Of a stretch of 64,000 bases of DNA, positions 50,040-60,827 are shown piece by piece. The position numbers and the translations under genes are program-made. Every line of letters begins with the position of its first letter. The first letter of the stretch is position 1. Origin of the DNA: Cetorhinus maximus (taxonomy: Eukaryota); contig NC_135905.1 in NCBI RefSeq assembly GCF_964194155.1, positions 10,850,001-10,914,000 on the forward strand, read 5' to 3'. Under the pieces are notes generated by a model. That model saw nothing but the letters and a program-made list of their open reading frames with translations, was not told the DNA's origin and made no database searches.

Positions 50040-50660
50040 TTAGCAGCAGGAGTAGGCCATTCGGCCCTTCAAGCCTACTCTGCTATTCAATAAGGTCATG
50101 GCTGATCTGGTTGTGGTCTCAACTCCACTTTCCTATCTGCCCCTCATAACCCATGACTCCCTTGTCTATCAAAAATCTATATAACTCAGCCTCGAATAAG
50201 TTCAAAGACCCAGTCTCCACTGCTTTCTGGGGAAGAGAATTCCACACATTAACGATCCCCAGAGAGAAATAATTTCTCCTCATCTCCATCTTAAAAGGGA
50301 GGCCTCTTATTCTTAAACTGCGTCCCCAAGTTCTAGTCTCCCCTACAAGTGGAAATATCCTCCCAGTATCTACCCTCATGTCTCAATGAGATCACCCCCC
50401 CATCCTTCTAAACTCCAATGAGTACAGGCCCAACCTGATCAACCTTTCTTCATAGGATAAGCCCCTCAACCCAGGAATGAGTCAAGTGAACCTTCTCTGA
50501 ACTGCTTGGAACACAATTACATCCTTTTTTAAATAAGGAGACCAAAACTGCACTCACTATTCCAGATGTGGTCTCACCGAAGCCCTGGACAGCTGCAGAA
50601 AAACTCCCCCCCCCCACCCCCACTTTTATATTCCATTCCCCTGGCAATAAACGCCAAATA
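50040..50660 (-). mobile_element. CR1 LINE 3' fragment in RBP3 intron 1
   Basis: ORF 50119..50379 (FPLVGETRT...MRRNYFS...VWNSLPQKAVE); CR1 tail ggccattcggccc. Confidence 0.85.
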
Positions 50661-50744
50661 GCGAGTACATTGCTTCATTTTCTTAAGTGGGGGCACGTTT
50701 CGCTTCCGAAAAGGGCGTCGCCGAGGAGGGGGAGTTAAACCTAC

Positions 50745-53729
50745 CGGCATCGGAACCACACCGGGTATGTGATCCTTTGAGTTTTCGGGGATGTGCGCTA
50801 CTTTGAGATGTTTGTCGCCCGACAGTTTCTGCAGGTCCTCTGACAATTGCTGGGCCAGCTCAGCCTCAGAGTTAATGATGTTGTACCTCCCCTGGCTGAC
50901 CAGCTCGGCGATCTGTCCAGCCACCCCCGCGCCGGTTTCAGCGAAGGCGTAGTTGTCGGCGACCAGCTTCCCGGCCGTTCGGACAATCCAGGGCACTTTG
51001 GCCCGAAGCTCGATGATGCCCAGTGCAACATCCAGGGCTTCGTTGGCTTGAACCGTGACGTCCGGCTCGGCTCCGGAGACACTCCACACCTTCCCGGTGA
51101 CCGCGCTGAGGACAACCTGGTTGGGAATGGACAGGTAGAGGTAGCTATTTGCTATCCGGTAAGTGCCCACGGACAAAGCCCCTCCTATGGTGGGCTCCCC
51201 GATCACTGTGGCCCTGTTCAGCTCCCTCATGGCCCTGGTGAATGCCTCTGCCGCAGAACCTGTGATGTGACTGGTTAGGATGTAGATGTCCTTATGAGAG
51301 CCGTACCTCTGACCCATTACCTGGGGCATTGTCCATATCTCTGACCTTGACAGAGTGGAGCGGTCAAGCACTGTGTAGAGGTGTCGGACAGGCTCCGGAC
51401 CAAAGAAATAAGAGCACAAAATGGGGATGGCAGTCGAATAGCCACCAATGTTGTATCTCATGTCAATGATTAAGGTGTCGGTGTTGACCAGCTTGTTCCA
51501 CACTTGCTCCAGTAGCTGGGGCCCAATGACCTTGATGATCTCCGCGTCGGCCATCATGTCAAAGCGCAGGTAGCCCACATTGTGGGGCAGCACCTCCACT
51601 TTGAAGAGGGCGTGAATGATGTAGCTGAGCTCTTCGGGCGTGGGGATCTTCACCGCCTGCTCCTCCGGCACGTCGGGTTCGGCGTCGCTGTAGAAAACGT
51701 GAAGCCGGTGGTCGCCTGAAATCTCCTTCAGGTCCGAGGTCAACTGGGAGGCCAGGGACTCATAGTCCACGGCCGAGCGATAGGAGCCTTCCAGCCACTT
51801 GGTGCTGAGCACCGCGCTGACCCTGGTGGCCACCTCTTGGAGGGCGTAGTGGACATTTAAAAGACTCCCCGTGTCCTCCACCAGCTTGACCACTTCGGCA
51901 TGGAAGACTATAATGTCCTTCGCCTTCTCCAGCGCCTCCTCGGCCAAGACGATGGCATCAGGGACCACCCCACCGCCCAGCCAATACTCTCCATTGTTGT
52001 CCAAGAAGTTGATGAAGGGGATGGTGAGAAGCAGGTTGGTGCTGTCGATTGCAAAGGACCTGGAGTGGAGGAGGGTGCCCGAGGTGATCTCCCCGACCAC
52101 AGTGGCCCGTCTCAGCGACTGCATCAAGTAGGCGAACTCTTCGGCTGCAGTGGCGGTGCGGTGGCTGGTCAGCACGTAGATGCCCCTCTTCGACCCGTAG
52201 GAGGCGCCCCCCGGGTCGGGGAGGGTGGAGAACTCGGTGCTGGCGTTGGTCAGCCGGTTGTAGACGGTGAAGAAGAGGACGGCCGGCGCCTGCTCCTGGA
52301 AGTGCGACAGCAGCAGCGAGACGGCGGCCGAGCTCCCGCCCGTGTTGAAGCGCAAGTCGATGATCAGGTGGTCGGTGCCGGCTATGGGCCCCCAGACCTG
52401 GGCGGCCAGGGAAGGGCTGAGCCCCGGCAGGGCAGCGCCGTCGGGGAAGCGGTCGAATCGGAAGTAGCCGATGTTGCCCGGCAGAATCGCCACCCGGAGC
52501 GGGGTTCCCGCCGGGTGCTGGATTGGGACGGCCTCGCTCGGCGGGGCGGCTGGGGGGACCTGGGGCTCCGACCTGACCCTGATCGTGAGCCTGGGGTCCT
52601 CGCAGACGGCCTGGAGCTCATAGTTGAGCTTGGCCGCCAGGTCCTGCTCCGAGACCACGGGCGAGTAGGCGACCTTGGAGACCTGGCGGGCCAGGGCGGG
52701 GACGTGGTCCACGAAGGAGTAATAGTCGCCCAGCAGCTGGGTGACCCTCCGGACCACACCGGGCACCGCCTTCCTCACGGCCAGGATGGAGGTGGCTTTC
52801 TCCAGCCCCTGGTCTGCCTTGACCAGCACCGCCGGGAAGACGCCGTTCACCTCCCAGCTCTGCCCGGTGATGGGGCTGATCGACCTGGAGAGCGGCACCG
52901 TGATGAAGAAGCCGGTGGAGCCGATGCGGAACTTCTGGATGTTCAGCGAGCCTCCCGCCGTCCTCTCCCCCACCAACAGCCCCCTGTCCAAGTGCTTGAG
53001 GATGTAGGCTACGTCTTCCGCCACCCCCCGGGTGTGCCGGCTGATGAGGACCAGGACATCTTTGCCCTTCCCGTACCTCTCGCCCAGCAGGCTGGGCAGG
53101 GTCCACACCTCCTGGGTGGAATTGGACGGGCGGTCGTAGATGGAGTCGAGGTGAATTTTGAGGTCAGCGTCGCAGAAGTAGGAGATGACAAAGGGGATCC
53201 CAGAGACTTTGCCACTGTCACTGTACCGCAGGTCGAGGATCAAAGCGTCCGTGCTGACTATGTACTTCCAAATCTTGTCCACCAGAGCCGGGCCGACCAC
53301 TTTGGCCACCTCCTCTTCGAAGATGTGGTCAATTCTCAAGTAGCCCACGTTGTGCTGCAGGATTTCGAATTTGATGGAGTGCTGGACCAGGTCCATCAGC
53401 ATCTCCGGGTTTGGGAGAGGGACATCCACCGTCTCGATGGGAGAGCCCCCCGGCTCGTAGGAGACCAGCAGCCGAGGGTCATTCAGGGCCCCCTGGACCC
53501 CGGCGGTCAACACCGCGGCCAGCGTCTGGGGGTCGGCCACGTGCAGGATTTCCTCGCTCTGGTTGGCTTGCCTGATGGCTTCTTTCATCCCCACCAAGTT
53601 TTCCGGGAAGCAGTAATTGTCCAGCAGGACTTCGGCCATGTCCAGCATGAGCGTGAACTGGAACATCTGAGCCGCCGGGGCGGAGCTGAATAACAGAACC
53701 GTCAGCCAAAAGCATGATGCCCCAGCCAT
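50745..53729 (-). CDS. RBP3: Interphotoreceptor retinoid-binding protein (IRBP), exon 1 (signal peptide, modules 1-3 and start of module 4)
   Basis: ORF 50574..53729 begins MAGASCFWLTVLL...MAEVLLDNYCFPENL and has three repeats of NxGYxRxD / IDxR / GExT. Donor after VVPMP at CCG|gtaggt (50744); 2985 nt, phase 0. Confidence 0.97.
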
Positions 53730-53869
53730 GCTTCTCAGCGAGGTGATTCCCCTCTCCAGCCTGGGGCAGGGGGGAGCGAAATCTCAGTATCTCAGGGGGT
53801 ATCTCAGCAGTAGCGACCCGAAGCCACCCTCCTTTAGCCCCCAGTCTGAGGTGGAGGCAGACTGTCAGG

Positions 53870-53945
53870 CCGATTTAAATCCACAGAACCGCATCAACCA
53901 GATTACAGCCATTCATTGTCACTTAAACGTTTAATCTCATTAGGC
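53870..53945 (-). promoter_or_regulatory. RBP3 proximal promoter with CRX/OTX and PCE-1/Ret-1-like homeodomain sites
   Basis: The minus strand reads CTAATGAGATTAAA (53943-53930), a second TAATCT near 53905-53900 and a TATA-like GATTTAAAT, 150-215 bp upstream of the ATG. Photoreceptor promoters use such sites; function is inferred. Confidence 0.55.
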
Positions 53946-54151
53946 TGGAGCGCCTCAGCCAAGCGGCGTGGGCCATCCTGTAAAAAATAAAGCGACACAA
54001 AAATTAACCTTCGCCCCAACAGGGGTGTGGGTCCAAGATTTCTGAGCCCTTTGGCGATCTGGAACTCGAGCTATGAGCGCCAAACCAATGCAGGGTCAGG
54101 GAGGGAGAGAGAGAGAGAGAGAAATTCCAGGCAGAACCTGTCGAATTTGTG

Positions 54152-54430
54152 ATATAAAAGCAGAAAATGCTGAAAAAAAACCTCAGCAGGTCTAGCAGCA
54201 GCTGCGGAGGGAGAGCTCCGGTGACGGACACACCAATTTATGTCTTATGGAGTCGAAACACTTCAAAATATAAAACAGTCCAAACTCAATGTACTAAATA
54301 CGGATCGATAAACAGTTCATTAATGCCACAAAAACAGAAAATGCTGAGAAAACTCAGCAGGTCTGGCAGCATCTGTGGAGAGAGAGACACAACTAACGTT
54401 TCGAGCTCGTATGACTCTTCTTCAGAGTTT
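54152..54430 (-). mobile_element. Two partial Penelope-type element copies upstream of RBP3
   Basis: aaaagcagaaaatgctg...ctcagcaggtct(a/g)gcagc occurs twice (about 54155 and 54330); the second copy carries the hammerhead motif. Confidence 0.7.
54391..54429 (-). ncRNA. Minimal type-I hammerhead ribozyme motif in a Penelope-type element
   Basis: Minus strand AACT-CTGAAGA-A-GAGT-catacga-GCTC-GAAA-CG-TT-AGTT: stem I AACT/AGTT, core CUGANGA...GAAA, stem II GAGT/GCTC, loopless palindromic stem III (ACGT). Activity is not demonstrated. Confidence 0.6.
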
Positions 54431-57389
54431 ATTAATGACCTTGCCACTCCGATATTAATTCTCCTTGGTTGTATCCCGAAGCGATTACAATTGCCCCAGT
54501 ACATTGCATGTGGAGTCTTACTGAGCAGTAACCTTGTGGCCTTTTCCATTCTATTCTAAGCGGCCCAGGTTTCCCTCACTTGCAGAAGGTAAATGAAATC
54601 TGTTGTGACTTTAATCCCCAGCACAAGATGTGATTAACTTTTTTTAACACGGCCGTGCGACATATGGCCGTGTCTTACCATTGGGTTCAGCCAATAGGAG
54701 GCACTTGTTGGACAGGGACGCTAGCAGCCCAGGCTGCTTATCGCTTTAGCAGCCATTAGTCGGGGTCAGTGTAACCAAAGCGAAAGGAGCGATAACAACT
54801 AATACTTAAATACTTAACATCGGGTGCATCGAAGTAGCCAATTATGGAACCATATTAGTTTTAAATGTGATGAAGATTACACTTCCTGTAATGACCATTT
54901 TGAAGTCTTTGTTACGTTCTTTACATTGTGTTGATGCACCTCAGAGCTCGATTTGATCTACGCAGTAAATCTGAATGTCATTGCAATGGCCATTTGGAAA
55001 CATTTTGTAACCTTTTAGATATTTTACGAACAAAGCATGTTTCTGCAAAATCAAGGCTTTAAGTGCAATAAAGATTTAGACGCTTGGTCGAGCGTTTTGG
55101 TATCAGTCAATGACATGAGGTCAGCCCTGAGAGGGACCAGGTCAGTTACTGAGCTCTGTAACTTCCACCCTCACTGGCTGTAAGAAAAATGCGCCCCTCT
55201 TTTATTTAAATTGCTTTTTAAAATGTTTGCGTTACCTAATATTTTATTTCTTTATGCCGATGACCCCAATCAACATTAGCAGTATTTATCAGCAGGGCCC
55301 TGCAATCCTACACTGCTGAGGGGGAATGAAATACTGGGAGATTGAAATTCAAATGGAAAAGGTTGGAGTTTATTTGCTTCGTCAGGATCTTGGAAACAGA
55401 ATCCACGAGCCTTATTCCAAATGGGAGAGGCCTTGGTTGGGACACTCTTTGCAGTGTTAATCCCGAGGATTAACTAATTTAGAGCACGCTCTGCCATTAT
55501 TGGGGGTTTTAACACGTCTTTAACAGTTTTTTAAAAAATCATTACATCATTACATTCTGTGAACTTGTTAAATCTTAGAAAATATTATCCAGCACAGAGG
55601 GGTTGGGGTGCGGGGGAATCCCAACACTCGACCCATACAGTGGAGTATTTAACTTTGCTTTGGGTCTGATGTAGTTTCACGATAGAGAATTTTCCCCTAC
55701 GGTACCTTTTAAGGAGGGTGTTAATTAATGGTTGCTGGCGGAAAGTTGCTGGGTGGCAACAATTCATTGAAAACCTGATCAGAAATTCACGGGCTGCTTT
55801 CTATTCCTTCGAAGATGTGGAAACGTTAACTTTGCTTCCCTCTCCACAGCCGCTGCCGGACCTGCTGAGTTTTTCCAGCCTTTTCTCTTTTTATTTCAGA
55901 TTGACAGCGCCCCCCGCAGTCTTTTGCTTTTATCTTAAGTTGTGGAAAGGTTTGGAGAAAGTTATAACCGAAAGTCCAACTGGTTTCAAGCCCATGAGTT
56001 ATCTCCAGTGGCATTTAACCTAGTTTTAGGCTATACACCTCCCCACTTAAAAGATGAAATCCCGGATTTAAGAATATTCCTTAAAAGTCACTGGTTATTT
56101 GAAACTTTGCTCATCCAATTTTGACAGTAAGGCCTTCAACAAAAGCGCAGTGATATGATATGCTTTCAAACTTGTGTTCATTTAGAAAAAGTACATATTC
56201 TAAGGCTTTTTAATTGAAATAACATAATGCATGTGCTCCGTGTCGTTAACATTTGCTGTTTAATGAAAAGTAACATATCATTTGTCATTAAGAGTTACGT
56301 CAACGTATCCATTTATTACCTCGGTATCGGATTATTTTGAAGAAACCACCTTAAAAGTAGCAAAGCAATTTGCAGGAGCACAGTTTATGGCTTTCCCGCA
56401 TTATAAATATTTCATTAAACACAGATTTCTAGTTACACTGAATCGATGCTATTATATGTGCAATTGGGGTTTATCTGTTTTAACGTGGTCCACAAGGATA
56501 ATGTATTGCCGAGCTATATGTTTTTTTAAAATATGAAATATGATTGTACGAAGAATAATGAGGGAACATTTCTTCGCGTCTCATTCCCAACTCACCCAGA
56601 TTACCACAGGATGGCGCTGTCTTCGCAGTTCTCTCTAGTTGACTCCCTCAACTCAAATTGGAGAGCGTCAGAATAGGAGTTTACTTTGGGAATGTAGATT
56701 TACTGTACGGTATTCTGTAGTGTATATAGTCAATTAACAAATCCTAAAATTCATCATTATTGAAAACATGTAAATATTACAACGATTGTAAATGCGATGT
56801 GACAAACCTCTAATTTTGCCATTTTATTTAAATCCATAAATGTCAAGTCACTTTTGCACACTGGATACTGACCCACATTTAATTACAATAATTTTCCATG
56901 TAATTCCCGCATAACCTTGCTAGACATTTCCCTCCTCTGATGTTTCAAATTACTAATTTTATTTGGAACAAGGGTTGTCTCAGTTTTGCGTTTCTCTGTT
57001 ATAAAAAGGAACGGGTAATGAGCCGGTAAGTTAAAATCACACCTGCCCGCCCCAAAACTCCAGCCTCACTAAGTGCGATTAAAACACACTGCGACGTTTA
57101 TTGATGCAGACAAAAACTTAACTAAAGCAAACTACTCTTGTGCATCTCTGGCAGGGAGACTTCAGAACTTGTAATTGCAGGCACGAAATGAGGAAAGCCA
57201 ACACCATAATTCGACTTTAAAACCGGCCAAAAAGGCGAGCTCCTTATTTGTAAACTGTTTAGTATTTATGCCGACGATTTTTATTGAGCGCAGGTGTTAC
57301 ATGGTGGCGGAGCTGGCAAAATTAAGGAAAGCATTATTTGTTTTGTGAGTAATATAACGGCTACTTTACAATGTGTAAGACTGGGTGTG

Positions 57390-57643
57390 ACTACAGTCAA
57401 AAATACCTGGAAAAACTCAGCAAGTCTGGCAGCATCTGCGGAGAGAAACACAGTTAACGTTTCGAGTCCGAATGACCCTTCAACAGAACTGTTCTGTTGA
57501 AGGGTCATTCGGACTCGAAACGTTAACTGTGTTCCTCTCCGCAATTGCTGCCAGACTTGCTGAGTTTTTCCAGGTATTTTTGTTTTTGTTTTGGATTTCC
57601 AGCATCCGCAGTTTTTTTTTGCTTTTATGTCACTACAGTCAAA
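57390..57643. mobile_element. Penelope-type near-perfect fold-back element with 12-bp TSD
   Basis: Palindrome centred at 57490 with arms of about 90 bp; TSD actacagtcaaa (57390-57401 and 57632-57643). Confidence 0.8.
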
Positions 57644-57923
57644 GCTGGTTTCGAGTGCAAATTACACAAATTCCACGATTTAGAAATGAATACCAATCAA
57701 GAACCTATCTATCTCCGTCTTATAAGACCATAAGACATAGGAATACAAACACTAGTTTCTCCAGCTCTCTCGAACCTAACGGGATATATTCCCCTCTATT
57801 GCATTTCCTTACTTCCACTCAGGTTGAAACTCGTGTTGCTAGCCTTGGGAAGGGCTGCAATAGGGTGGAGAAGGTGTTTCTACTTGTGGGGAGCCCAGAA
57901 CTACTGGCCAAAGATGTATAGAG

Positions 57924-58535
57924 TAGAAAGACTTGCATTTATACAGTACTTTTCACAACCACCACATGTCTCAAAGCACTTTACAGCCAATGAGGCACGT
58001 TTGAAGTGTAGCCACAGTTGTAATCTAGGAAATGTGGCAGCCAATTTGCACACAGCAAGCTCCCACAGACAGCAGTGTTATAATGGCCAGATAATCTGCT
58101 TTTGCTCTCTTATCTTTAGCTCTGAAGAAATGTCATAGGGACTCGAAACGTTAACCCTGTCTTTCTCTCCGCAGATGCTGTTAGACCTGCTGAGTTTTTC
58201 CAGCATTTTCTGTTTTTGTTTCAGATTTCCAGCGTCTGCAGTATTTTGCTTTTATCTGCTTTTGTCATGTTGCTGGGAGGGGGATAAATATTAGTCAGGA
58301 CACTGGGATAATTCCCGTGCTCTTTGTGAAATAGTGCCTTTGGAATCTTTTACATCCACCTGAGCAGACAGATGAGCCCTCGTTTTAATGGTTTATCTGA
58401 AAGACAGCGCTTCGGACAGCGCAGCGCTCCCTCAGTACTGCACTGGAGTGTCAGCCTTGATTTTTGTGCTCTAGCCCTGGAGTCGGCCTTAAACCTGGAA
58501 GCTTGTGACACAGAGACAAGAGGCACAACTGACAC
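57924..58535 (-). mobile_element. DeuSINE copy interrupted by a Penelope-type element
   Basis: Collinear with 36291-36750. Confidence 0.7.
58094..58264 (+). mobile_element. Penelope-type short element inserted in a DeuSINE copy
   Basis: ctgaagaaatgtcatagggactcgaaacgttaac...gcttttat; TSD atctgcttttg on both sides. Confidence 0.75.
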
Positions 58536-59819
58536 TGGACACAAGATAGTCCCTAATAAATTCACCAGGAATCCAGGGGAAAGGTACCCACTCAGAGGCT
58601 GGGCCGAACGCGCGGAACTTGCTATGCAGTGATTGAGGTGATTATTAACATTGAAGCATTTAGCCAGAACACACCAGGGAGAGAGGAATAAAAGGCTACG
58701 CTGGTGGGGTTTGATGAAGTAATTAAATAGGAGGAGCCCCTGTGGAACCTAAAGTAGCAGCTTAGGATGGTGAGGGTGGAATGGCCTGTTTCTGTACTGC
58801 ACATAGCGTTCAACTCTTTCAGGAACAGTCACCAGTCGTGGGGAACGGGATTTCTCGCCGCTGCCGAACTGTCAGGAGAGGAGGGGCACGGCTTGCCTTG
58901 CAGGGACACTCATTCCTGCAGACAGAATCTCCTCTAGAGGGTGCTCTGAGAACACTGTACGTGACACGAATCCTCTGCTCAGTGCAAGGCAGCTCGTCCC
59001 CTCCCCAGCGGCCCTCGCCGCCTTATCCAAGGCCTCACACGAAGGGACATCTCCAAGTGCCCTTAGTGCAATCTTTCCCCGTAATTAAACTGGGAACGGG
59101 AAGTCTTAAAGTAAATGCATCAATAAGGCCCCCCCACCAGTGTTTCATATTTTTGCCTTAATTTCAAAGGTAAATCATATGTAAACTCTGGGACTATACA
59201 GTATCGTTATAAGCAAAACAAAATGCACTCGAAATTAGTTTAAAGATTTAAAAAATAAATAAATACAGGAAGACACAATCGCCAAAGCGGAGGTTGGCTT
59301 GTTTCCTAACTCGCTGAATAATGGAATAATTAGGAATGCTTGCTTGCTTAATTGTGATTGAATTGCTTCTAACTCACGTTCATCAGCCACCTTCAGTTTT
59401 AAATAGGAAGTTGGATCTCTGAAGGGCTGCAACTCACCTCACCTTTTGCATCCCCGCGTTTATGGCCAATTCTGACCTCATTTCACTGTGAGTTTCAGGC
59501 TGGGATTGATAGTCCTACTAGGGCAGTGAGCGATGCTGCGCCTGAGCGAGCTGGTCTGAGCCTACAATTCAACGGAGCCCGCGTCCTTAATTTCTCCTAA
59601 CATGGAAATCGGTCCAGTGATGCACCTGGGAAAATATAACCTTACATTTTAAAATGTAAGAGAGCCAAACTTTTTGCTGCACTAGTTGTGGTTTCTATTG
59701 TAGTCAAGCCAGGTCAGTTAGAGGTAACTTCACACCCTAACCCATGCATTTTGGCTGCAGGTTTTAAGCTCATTTTCAGGAAATGCCTTTTATTGTCTAC
59801 TTCCAATTCCCCTTCTTAG

Positions 59820-60245
59820 AGTTATAGAGTTGTACAGTACAGAAACAGGCCCTTCGGCCTATCGTGTCTGTGCTGGCCATCAAGCTCCAATCTATTCTAA
59901 TCCCATTGGCCTGTAGCCCTGTGTGCTATGGCGTTTCAAGTGCTCATCCAAATACTTCTTAAATGTTGTGAGGGTTCCTGCCTCTACCACCCCCTCAGAC
60001 AAGTGTGTTCCAGATTCCAACCACCCTCTGGGTGAAAACATTTTTCCTCAAATCCCCTCTAAACCTTCTGCCCCTTACCTTAAATCTATGCCCCCTGGTT
60101 ATTGACACCTCCGCTAAGGGGAAAGGTTTCTTCCTATCTACCCTATCTATACCCCTCATAATTTTGTATACCTCTATCAGGTCCTCCCTCAGCCTTCTCT
60201 GCTCTCAGGAAAACAACTCCAGGCTACTCAGTCTCTCTTGTTAGC
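59820..60245 (-). mobile_element. CR1 LINE 3' fragment
   Basis: Antisense ORF 60005..60244 is nearly identical to antisense ORF 7640..7831 of the CR1 at 6948-7995. Confidence 0.8.
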
Positions 60246-60445
60246 TGAGGGTGAGAAGGTGATGGCCTTCTTCCTGAACCACTACAGTCCACATGGTTAA
60301 AATGCGCCCACAGTACTGTCAGGGTGGGGTCTTCCAGGATTTAGACCCAGCGACTATGAAGGAAGTATGATGCATTTCTGAGCCAGAATGGCATGTGAAT
60401 GGGAGGGAAACTTGAATATCTTTCTGATCTCGCCCCCTACAGGCA

Positions 60446-60827
60446 TCATTTGCTGGGGTATCCTGTCTTCTTGGGCAGCGGCACGGCCTGGATGTTGGGC
60501 AGGACCCCACCCTGGGCTATGATGACCTCTCCCGGCAGCTTGTTGAGCTCCTCGTCATTGTGGATGGCGAGCTGCAGGTGGTGGGGGATGATGCAGGTCT
60601 TCTTGTTGTCCCAGGCTGCGTTGCCAGCCAGATCGAGGATCTCGGCCGTCAGGGACTGGAGGACGGTGGCCAAGTAGACGGGGGCTCTGGCCCCAACACG
60701 CTCGGGCATAGTGACCTTTGCACAGCAGCTGGTGGATACGGCCAACAGGGAACTGGAGACTGGCTCTGGAGGAGCGAGTCTTGGCCTTGGTGCACCCTTT
60801 GCCTCCACTTTTACCGTGACCGGGCAT
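60446..60827 (-). pseudogene. Histone H2A pseudogene (orphon)
   Basis: [41 protein letters not shown], a frameshift near 60705, then [15 protein letters not shown]...NDEELNKL...[22 protein letters not shown]-to-H/C/W changes are typical of CpG decay. Confidence 0.93.

Noticed and set aside
50574-50744. C-terminal extension of the 1051-aa RBP3 ORF
   Set aside because: Read-through past the CCG|gtaggt donor into intron 1 and a CR1 fragment; the true continuation is the 191-bp exon at 49966-49776.
51900-53693. 597-aa plus-strand ORF antisense to RBP3
   Set aside because: Shadow ORF caused by high GC3 in RBP3 exon 1; no recognisable domain.
57491-57530. Active hammerhead in the near-perfect fold-back element
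   Set aside because: The core reads CUGUUGA, with the conserved A6 altered in both arms, so it is probably inactive; kept only as a family member.
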